From Stylophora pistillata (Eukaryota): a stretch of 60,309 nt of DNA. Below, piece after piece: positions 35,835 through 46,255 of this stretch. Below the pieces are notes generated by a model, which saw nothing but the letters and a program-made list of their open reading frames with translations, made no database searches and was not told the origin of the DNA. The position numbers and the translations under genes are program-made. Within the stretch, counting starts at the first letter, position 1. Every line of letters begins with the position of its first letter. The stretch spans positions 216,663-276,971 of the forward strand of contig NW_019218045.1 in NCBI RefSeq assembly GCF_002571385.2, in the 5' to 3' direction.

Positions 35835-37738
35835 TCTGTTGAGAGAATTAAAAGTTAATCATGAAATTGAAAACGGAGAGTTATTGAGTTCCCACAACAA
35901 TGAATCAAATTACACTGCAAACTTAGCCTTTCAACCCGTAGAAGTGAAAAACATCAAATTCCTCCTTACAATATCGCTGCTAAGCTTCAAACATAAAGGA
36001 AAATGATGGCCAACGAAAGAAGCTCTCGACTGTTAAACAAATTCTCCATGTGAGCACAACAAGAAATCTATAGAAAGCGGTATGGAGAATATGCGTGTCG
36101 ATGTTATGATATAAAGGGTTAAACAGAAGCGCTAGTCGACCTATAGCTAGTAAACATGAACTTTGACATCATTGCAATGATGAACAAAAAAGATAGGCGA
36201 TTGATTTAGATGGTCTCCTATTCAGATGCTTCATTCAAAGTATTTTGCGTATTTAAGACTGATTAACAGTACAATTAAATACCACACTTATTACAACCCC
36301 TTTCGTTAATTATCAACTGCTCTAAGGTTTGAAACTCATCGGACTTCAAATCATAATAAACAAACCCAAATACCAAATGAAATCTAACGTCTCTATGGCA
36401 GAACAACAAGTACAGCTTCCCTTCATGAACACGTGAAAATTAATACTTGCCAAAACTATTTACATCCTTACCTTTGTCAGTGTTAGATTATAGTTTTCTA
36501 CCCCATCTTCGAGTTTTCAGGTGTTTTGATTTTAACGTTGTAAAATCACAAATGGTAGATTTTGAGTTCCTGAAAGTGTTATGGTAATAAATTTTGGTAG
36601 ACGTCGTCAACGAGAAAGATTTGTAATCATCTTTATATGAAGATAACTTATATTGGAACTAAGGTTGTTTAGGTACATGTATATTTTACCGATTCGTGGG
36701 CGCTAAATCTAAACGAATTTCAACTGAATTTGCTTTAGCACCTGACGGGAGCGATACCTTTACGGGTTCTCAATTGATTCACGTTCAACGCATGATTTCC
36801 TTCAGATATGAATAACTGAATTATAGGATGTTTCCCAGGATTTTCGCTCCTCTAACAATAAGATACATGTAGGTTTGTCGCTGTTTATGTTCTAGGTGCG
36901 TCTCTTTTTCAGCTTGCATACAGATCTGCTAGATCATTTGAAATGATCAAACAGATCTGCCTAAAGACCTGATCGTAATGCTTCAAACTTTTGTGGCAAA
37001 TTATTAGTACGGTGAAATGAGTTTTACATTGTTAAAAGTCCCACGGGGCTCTGGAATTATTTAAAGCTCACGAAAGAAAGCCAGGTTAGCTTTTGCAAAA
37101 TCCCCCGGTAACTTTTTTAAACACATGGAAGAACTTAAATTAGTGAGGAGGTGAGGACTGTTCATGATGGAATTGCTAATTTGAGTACCTGAAAACCTCA
37201 GGAATTGTGAAGGTTTCCCTAGGATATGAGTAAGTCAAGAAAGTTTTGATGCAGCCATTTCAAAACACGTTTTGGTGATTCAGAGGTAATTTCGCGAAAC
37301 TTATATCTACCTATATATATTTAAGAAATTAGGAAAATTAGAGTATTGTAAAAGTGTAATAAGTCAAAAAGATAGTGGAGATGGCACTCACTCGGACTGA
37401 TATTTTTTGACTTGGTGTTTCTATGATTTTGCTAGATTTGCAAGGGCATGACCATATACTTCAATCTGTTAGCTTAGAGAGAGACATTTTATTTTCAAAT
37501 AGTCGAGTATAGTTCATTTTTTACTTATAAAAGATACCAGGTGTAGGTCTTTGTACTTAAAAAACCTTTTTCCCCTTATACTTCAAGACATTGTTCATCG
37601 AGCCTTTCTAGAAGGTATGACGTCAGTGACGCGATGCAGGAAGTCAGTGATACTATGAAAGCCCACTCCTCTACCTTTCTCTTTCGTCTCCTTCAACGTG
37701 ACCCGTGTCGCGTCTGCTACCCAGGTGTGTAAGTGAAG

Positions 37739-38585
37739 TTTCACCCTCACAACCTCTCAGTTAAATCCATCATTCTTAAAAACTTTAAATTACTTCAAAA
37801 CGATCCAGAGACAAGCACTATCTTTTCGCAGCCTCCGCTCATTTCATTCAAACGCGACAAAAACATAGGCAATTTTTTGGTCAGAAGTTCTTTTCAGACT
37901 AATGACCAACCAGGCACTTTTAAATCCGCTCGTGCACGATGCAAAACGTGTCCTTTCGTTCACAACACTGATAAAATATCGTGACCTAAACGATACATTA
38001 AGATCACCGATCACTTCACGTGCACCTCCACCAATGTAATCTATTGCATAACTTGCACTTATTGCAAAAAGATATACATCGGCGAAACAGGCAGAAGACT
38101 AGGTGACCGATTCCGAGAACACCTTCGAGACGTGGAAAGGAATGACAAGGACACATCGAAACCAGTCGCTAGACATTTTAATTTACCTAATCATTCTAAG
38201 CAACATATGGCAATCTGCGGTCTTTCCTTGCACTAAGGTAGCACGGAAAGCCGTAAAAATCTTGAGCAAAAGCTCATCTTTCAAACCGGCAGTCTAAATC
38301 CCACAGGGATCAACGAACGCTTTTCATTTCACTAATTTATTCATGTTTGTCTCGTTGCCATGTTCCCACCAATAACTTAGCTCCATTTTCTGCCTTTAAA
38401 AGCACACACAACCTACAATTCCTCTATTCGCTCCGACGAAGGGCTAACGCTCGAAACGTCAGCTTTTGTAATCGTTACGGTGGCCAATTTACCATTTCAA
38501 CTTTGTTGATATATCCAAATTATTTCGTTACTCCCACCGACGCAGCCCCAAACAGTTTCTTTCGAAACTATCAGCCTTTATTCAT
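37739..38585 (+). mobile_element. Penelope-like element 3' fragment (GIY-YIG endonuclease plus pLTR), degenerate
   Basis: PPLISFKRDKNIGNFLVRS...RCKTCPF...FTCTSTNVIYCITCTYCKKIYIGETGRRLGDRFREHLRD...VARHFN...GINERF, with two in-frame stops. Hammerhead motif downstream. Confidence 0.92.
38430..38463 (+). ncRNA. Minimal hammerhead ribozyme of the Penelope pLTR (core variant CCGACGA)
   Basis: gct-CCGACGA-agggc-taac-gctc-GAAAC-GTC-agc; U4 is replaced by C. Confidence 0.65.
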
Positions 38586-39200
38586 TAGAGATATAACATT
38601 TGACACCAATTTGATTTTTTTTAACTTGACGAAATCGAGTCACTGGACGACTTCGTTTACGTTTAGGAACGATTTACCATTGAAGATAGTTTTCTAGACA
38701 ATCTGGTAAACTGCAAGGAGAACAAACTTCAAGAGAACGAAAAATCTTGCGTTCTCGTCGCAAGACGGTTTCACTGTAAACAGAGTTTAAAGAAAACTGA
38801 TATACCGACGGATTATTAAATGAACAATTGGCTATAAAAATGCATTATAGAGTTTTCGTTGATATTTTGAAAGGTTTATGCTACTCAGCCACTGATTTTG
38901 CACTGTAGACATTGGGTACCATTTTTTTTGCGACTGATCTTCACATTTGCATTAAGTGTAAGTTCTAAATGGTATGTAAAAAAGATTAATACACGCGCTT
39001 CGATTACACTGAATATAATCTCGTTTTTAGTTCTTTTATGAAAACTGTCAAACATGTAAATGTTCTTTTCAATTCAACCTGAAGCTAACTAAAATAAACG
39101 TGTAAGCTGTAAAACACCGCTGACTGACATCTGTTCAAATATGAACGAAGACGTGCCCGGCGACGGCATAGATGGTTAGAGGCATCTGTACCCTGCTTTC

Positions 39201-42200
39201 CTAACTCTGCGGTTCAGGTATATGAATGTTAGTTTTCTCTTTATGTCTTAAGTTTCCAGGTGGATCATAAAGTGCTACCACAAAGGTGTATTTTCCATCT
39301 GAGCTTTTGGCTTCCCCAATCCCAAGCCTTTTCGAGTCTCTCCAGATAAGTTGAGTAAAGTGCTCGGTGGAATTGTCGATCATTGGATCATCAAAGTTAT
39401 AGCTCTTTACCTCGCTATACCAGTCAGCGGTAGCTTTCTCGGCAGCAATGTCGTAACTGTGCCACAGGCGAGCCACGTTGATACCGATATGCTCTTTTTT
39501 TAAGTCTGATAAATGGATTGCATTATGTGCCAACTGTTTTGCGATTTCTTGCGCCTTAGACGCCAAGCGCTTGGACCATTTCAGAGGAGGACTTCCGTGC
39601 CATGTTCTAAACTTGTTATGCAAACGAAGACCAGCTCTTCCCAGTTGATCTGCCAAAATCAAGAAATGGCATTTGAAATTAAAGATCATTCGTTTTTGTA
39701 CATCATGCATCATCATTCTTCCGGAACGGCATAAGATCGTTCACTATATCGACTACAGAAAATAAGATTTACCGCCTAGATGTAGAGTTTTTTTACGAGA
39801 TGAAAAGATATCAGTTCAAAATCTATCCGGTCTTATTTTGTATATATGTTTATCAGTATGATTTAATGCTTTTTATATTAACAAAGGCTGTATAATCTAA
39901 TTGCTTACGAGCAGTTTGAAGTTAGCAGATAACGTGATTTTTTTCCCTTGAAGTGATTGTCTTACCGGGACATGGCGGCATGAAACAGGCCTTGCTTTCT
40001 GTTCTGTACCCCTTGCACTGTCTTCCCTGACAGAACTGAGCTCTGGCTTGAATACCTTGACCACAGGTCACTGAACATGGCGACCAAGAATCTCTCACAC
40101 CTGTGCAGAGAGTATAGTATTAGGAAACCGTCGATAAAGAAGTTAGAGTCTGTTTATCGTAGATAGTGACCAAAACCTGTAATAGTTGACGCGTGCAACT
40201 GAGGTTCGAAACTTTGACACAATCGACTGAAAACGACTGAAATGGTCACAAGAAACATCATTTCAAATTTTGGGGCGAAATGTTTCATAGACCTAAGGAT
40301 TTGTTCCGCGTTACTTAAACCAAAAACAGTCAATATTTTTGACGTTTCAATGACGCCTACTGTTTTTACATTAGTTTCGAGAGAATTAAGGTTAATTTGG
40401 TTTTGATTTTGAGACACTTCATTGTAAAGCAGTCTATCGCTTTGACAGAAGTTACAGAAACATCGGCCAGCTTTAGTTGTGTCAAACCCTTACGAATTAT
40501 ATTATTTTTGCTGGTACATTTACGCAATGGTAGTTACTAGTTTTGATTCTGACCATTTTCTAACTTTCTGTTGTTGGATGTCCTCGCTAAGTCGTGGTCT
40601 GGTCTAAAGCTGAGTCTTGCCCTGTTTTCGGGAGGGTCCTCGAAAAACTTGGATGGCCTCAAAAAGCTTTTCAAGGACAAAAACTTGTGCTTTTCTTCGC
40701 CTTTCGGTAGTCTTGAGCTTAGAGGAAATATATCTGGTGGGGGTGATTGTCCTACCCCGGCAAATGATATCCTGTCTAGTTCGTTGTATTTGGTTGGAGA
40801 TATTTGTTGAAAACCATGCACTGCAGTCGGACTTCTCTGATTCTCGCCAGGGTTGCGACCTATGGTTGGGCTCACAGAAGGCAGATCAGCCTCGTGAAGA
40901 AGATCGTCATTTTGTTCCCAGTCATTCTTTTTATTTAATTTGGAGTTCGTTTTCCCAAGAATTTGCCAGCTGAGCATATTTGTTGTCAAGTTGTCGTCAA
41001 AGCCTTTAATCATATTTCCTTTCTTAGAGAAATCCCTTGCTGGAGCTGTTTGGCTTTCCCAGAGATAACGGTTTATTTCTTCAGCATCTGTCGCCATTTG
41101 TGGTTTATATTTGCTATATTCTTTCATTCCTAGGAATGCGCCACTATTAATAGTTTTGTTTGGATCTGATTCCGTTAATGTGACATTGCCAGGTATTTTA
41201 AGCACCAACGATCCATCATTACTAGTTCCAGCTTTGAAACTAACTGGTTTTCCAGCACCAGATATCTTAAGTGTCACATAGCCAGCATTTGATGAATCTG
41301 TTTCTTTTGATTGCAAAGCGTTCCTAGATGGCGTTTTGCCTACGTTGGGGTATTTAAGAATATCTACGGACTGATCTTTCATCATTCCTGATGGTACAAC
41401 AGAACCACCTTGGGAAACTTGTTCTTGAATATGTCGGTGTTCTTCATTTGGCGTGCTTGGCGGTTGTTGCTCATTGATCATTATGCTTTTCGAAGATATT
41501 TTTCCTGAAGTTAAAACGCTTCCTTGCGAAGGTAATGTAGGCAAATAATTAAGTGCATTAGGGTTAGCTGTCATTAATGTTTTCAGTTGATTGCGAAAAG
41601 GTGACAGAGTCGTTGCTTGTTTATGTGCAAGCAAAGAGCCGATTGCTGCGTCATTTTGTTCTATTTTTTCTCCTATCGCTTTTTTGAGCAAGTCTTGCTT
41701 AAGATCTTCACTATGGTAATCTGATTCATTTTGATGGTTCAGCAAGTCAAGAATCACTTTTTTGCCAATTACAGAAAAAAGATCTGAGTTATCAGAAAGT
41801 GAGTTGTGAGGCTGTTCTTGATTTGTATCAACGTCCTCAAAGAGCTCTTTATCTTGGGTATCAAGTTCTTGATCATAGTTCTTTGGCATTTCAAACGGAT
41901 TGTTTCCAAATTTAGAATTATAATCCGGCATTTTGTCGTACTCGGACTCCTTGTAACTATACTCAGGTAAAGGGTTATCTTTGTACATGTCACTGACTTT
42001 GCCAGCATCAGATGCCTGTGGCTGATCGTTCTCTATCTGGCTAATTTGGCGATAGAATTCATTATCCAACCCTCCATTACGAACGGTACCTGTAAAAAAA
42101 ATACGGATTATGTGAGGCTTCCAGACAGTTTTGTTTATTTTTATTTGAAAACTTCCTAACCAGCTCGATGCCTTATCCAGTTTCACAATTGTTGCAATAA

Positions 42201-44663
42201 AGGGGGGAGAAGGGGTTGGATACAACACAACTTGTCTTTCAATATTTTCAAAGAGAAGCTGCAAATGTAAGAGGAGAAGAGAAAACCACTGCTTTTGTTT
42301 TAAAGCCAGATTTCATTTTAGACCGCTGTACTGGTGGTACTCGGACCTGAACCGTGCATGTTAACGTGCATTTTTTCGGTCGTCACGTGCACGTGCAAAA
42401 GTGAAGTGGGTGCTTACTCATGTCTTCAGTTCTCCCCATTTCATCTCTTGTTACCTTCTCAACGAAGTTCCTACTACTCTTACTAAAATCTGTAGAAGAA
42501 GAAATTAGCGTTACCCATGTGGTTTTAACATTTTGAAGAGGTGAAGACCAGTACTAGCAGAGTGAAGTATGCACCGATATCCTGGATAGGCTCTGCAAGC
42601 CAATGCACAGGAAAACTCCTTTTTTAACAATCCAGGCTCTGAATGTCAATGGTGAACACCGAGAGTTTAATCTTTGTTTGTCAAAGCTACTTTCGTAAAT
42701 CCTAATTCTTTGGACCTCAAAAGCCAAAAAATGACACATCACTCTATATTTCTGATAAGTTACCGTTTGGTGACTTGTTATGAGAAGGATCCTGTATATA
42801 ACCTTCTTCAATCTTGGACATTGTTCCATGCGAAGAATCCTCATGATTTCCTGTGAGTTCTTTTGAGGATGAAAAGTAGTTTGTTAACAAAATACTAGCT
42901 ACCGATACAGATAAAAAGGGATTAAAAAACAGAGGGGTGAACGTAGCCTACGTGTAGCCGCACCCTCCCCCCGACAAAGGAGAAACGGAGCGAGGGAGGG
43001 TTGCGGGGGGGAGGGTGCGTCTACACGTAGGCTAGGGTGAAATTGATAACTACCCCTTCATGATTACTTTAATGTAAATCGTGCATAACCGAATTAGTGT
43101 TTGGGTGAACAAAAAGCTACAAAAGGAACTTTGGATGAAATATCTAACCGAACCCTCGTGTCGGCTGTCATTATTTAAATCGAATTTACCAACTACATTC
43201 GAACCTGTATCAAGCGGCACCGTATTAAGCAGTCACCCTTTATTTAGCGGTCAAAGTCTTGAATTTTTTTCCCCAATAATCGCTTTAGATTTCACCTTCA
43301 TTAAGCGGTCACCTCTATAAAGCGGTCGTGGTCATCATTTATTGAGTCCCAACGGCCTGTTTGTATTTAACGGTCACTTAAAGCGGAATCACTCAAACGA
43401 AACTGGGAATAATCCTTCTAGTAAAATGTAATACTTGTTTCTTATCCGAATTCAGTTAGTTGTATTTTTTTGCGAGTTTCCTAACCTTAAGTGGCCAACT
43501 ATGTCATGAAATGACGTGTCTTATCGTTTTTTATAATACCCTTGTTCTGTGGAACCTTTATTAAGCGGTCACAAAGCCTTCCCCGCTTAATACAGGTTTG
43601 ACTGTAGCAATTTCAGAGCTCAAACTACACTGAACTCACTGAGGCCCATTTAAAGCTACCAGAAGGGAGTAAAGTTTCGACATTTTGTATAGCCTGGATA
43701 ATTTTTCATTTTGTATAGCTTGGATAATTTTTCTACGTGCCGAAAAACGCTGTGGTTGTTTCGTTTAAGAAAATTAGCTGAGAGTAATTCCGAGAGTTTA
43801 TAATTTAGATTATTCTATTAAATTAAACTACACTGAAAGCCTTGTTTGAGATAATATTTACGGTGAATAGACAAGTGGAATATCACCTTTATCAAATTGA
43901 TTCACCAGGTGCTGGTCAAGCGATGACAGCTGTCCAGAATACAATATAGCGCTGTTTGTTAAACTTTGTTCCTCTGAGTTCATGAAAAAGGAAAAGAACG
44001 AAAAGTCAAAGTAGAGTCAAATATGATCCTACTACTTGTGGGTTGGTATGATATTAGATACTCATATCACCCTTTAGTAGAACAGACAACGATCTTCTTA
44101 TCATAGTGAAGGGTCCTTAAAACAGAGTAAATTGCCTTGTCAGTTTTGGGAGACGAAGTGTATCCGTTCTGTTATGCAATTGGTACAATCTCATCTAAAT
44201 TAACGTCGTCATAAACACACCTAGATAAACACAGTACTGTAAAGCAATTACCTTTAATTGCTGGAAGCTGGTGTAGAGCCGAACCTAGATCACTTTTTCT
44301 TGCACCCCCGGCATCTAACCCTAGCACATAACAAAAGATTGTCATATAGGTCTATACCAATGATTTTATTATTCAATAAACAGACTTCTTGCCAACCTGC
44401 AGCAGTCACTTTAAAAACATCCTCTGGTTTTAATCCGAGGAGAGCTGATCGTGCAGTTTTCTCGAATGGTAGTACAAGTAGTTTTCTCTCATGTTTTCCG
44501 CGGATTACCTTCCCGTGAGAACCTAAGGAAACAAGTTTGCAAACAGTCCTCAACCTGGATTTGAAAAGAATCGAAGACAGGAATATATGCATCAAAACGT
44601 ACCTTTCACTACAAGTAACAAGAACACCGGTATTAACAGCTGGGCAGTGGTAGCCTTGGTCAT
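39201..44663 (-). CDS. Secreted TSP1 + CAP protein, paralog C
   Basis: Exons 44603-44663 (MTKATTAQLLIPVFLLLVVKG signal), 44397-44522, 44252-44320, 43887-43973, 42418-42489, 40554-42089, 39966-40100 (TSP1), 39201-39649 (GLRLHNKFRTWH...WYSE...HFTQLIW...VVALYDPPGN). All phase 1. Confidence 0.85.
39966..40100 (-). other. Thrombospondin type-1 repeat exon of paralog C (missed by the ORF track)
   Basis: DSWSPCSVTCGQGIQARAQFCQGRQCKGYRTESKACFMPPCP: WSxCSVTCG signature, six Cys, symmetric phase 1-1 exon. Confidence 0.92.
42944..43034. mobile_element. Small hairpin MITE with TAG...CTA termini
   Basis: ~28-bp TIRs tagcctacgtgtagccgcaccctccccc / gggggagggtgcgtctacacgtaggcta. Imperfect 9-bp flanking repeat gggtgaacg/gggtgaaat. 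Confidence 0.7.
43196..43604. mobile_element. Tc1/mariner(pogo)-type MITE, second copy
   Basis: ta-CATTCGAACCTGTATCAAGCGG ... CCGCTTAATACAGGTTTGACTG-ta. Internal (t)taagcggtca repeats. Similar to 16517-16898. Confidence 0.7.
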
Positions 44664-46255
44664 CTTAGCTGTTAAACATTTCTGCTCATGCAGAGCATGG
44701 CTCTAATTTCCTTTCAAAACCATAAGAAATGCTATTAACAAACCAAAATATCAGCGAGAGTAGATATCTTATGAATATATAACAACGATTGAACTAAATA
44801 AATATTATTCAAGAATAAAAAGCATACGCCGAACAATATAAAAAGGACTCAAGTATCATGATCTCTCATCTGACGTTTAAGAGGTCAAACACGCGAGCGG
44901 AAGATATTTAGCCAGGTTGTCAACTTAGTTTATTGCAGACATGAGTGGGCAACTTCTACGTAATAAAAGATCCTGATTTTGGCTCACTCCAGTTGAATAA
45001 GGAGTGATCGGTGTCTGGGTAATTCCCAGTCGAGAAGTCACATAATTGTACATGTTTCCATTTTTTTAAATGTTTGATTTGGAATTTCTACTCTATAAAT
45101 GCTTCACGTTACAAAGTTGCGCTTATCTCCGGTGATACTTCGTGAATGAAGTTAAGATATCAGGTTTCGATGTTTGTATCTGATCGATGTGGCAATTGTT
45201 TTCTATGGCTGAAATACTTTATCGATCCATCCGTCGTTTGGTATTTAGCGCTAAAAAATTTCTTACATTTCGACTTGAGCCAACAAGGATTGTCAATTAT
45301 CCTCGTTCCGGTAGATATGCCCCGCTGTAAAGCTTTTGGAAATTCAGTGAGATTTATATCTTGTACCGAGGCACACAGCCTAAAAACAAAATGATAAAGA
45401 TGACTGTACCCCTTACTTACCGGTTACATACCAGGTTAATTTTAAGCGGCAGACATATCATTTTGGGCCATTGCAAAATATCTGATTTTCACCAAGAAGA
45501 CAGGTTAAATTAGTCATAAAGAAAGTCTTTAAGACAGGTGCTCTATTTATTACATAACTACGTGTCAAAAAAATTTACGGTCCGCAGAGTAACATTCGGT
45601 CTTTCGGTTGTGTTTAACGCTCTTGAAATGTCTTCGTCAAGCGCTCGAGACCTCGACAGGAGTAGAATCGGAGCTACCGGAAACAGTCGAAAAAATGCCG
45701 GATGGATTGAAAGACATTTTAAAAGACCGTGAAGAAAAGTAAAGCTGGAGTGACTGCATTAGAAAGCATCCGAATCTCGGCCATTTGAAACATTTCTCCA
45801 TTTGTAACACGGGCTTACCCTAATGTATGAGAGATGATCACATTCTATCAAACTCAGTCCCGGAATTATGTTTTAAGGCTTTCAACTTACTCGAGGCAGC
45901 GTGAAGGACATGATAAGACTTTGCATGTGCTGAATTTCAAAAGTAAAGAGACTGCTCCTTTTGTCGTTATTACTGAACTTAATCTCAACAATAGTTTGCC
46001 TAAAAGTGTGTAGAGTATACTCAAATTTACACTATTAAATCGTAAAAAGAAGTTGTATTTGGTGTGCCTAAGATAAAGCTCTGCATTTTTATTTAATGAA
46101 AATTTTATTTTACAACTCAGTTACAACTTAATTACCGTTGTGTTTGCATTTTTTGTATCCTCCATGAAAAAATTCGTTATCAAGTCTTTCACTCATGAAC
46201 AAAAATGAAAACAAATGAAAGTGTTACTTTTCAAGAGTTTAATTCACGAGGTATA

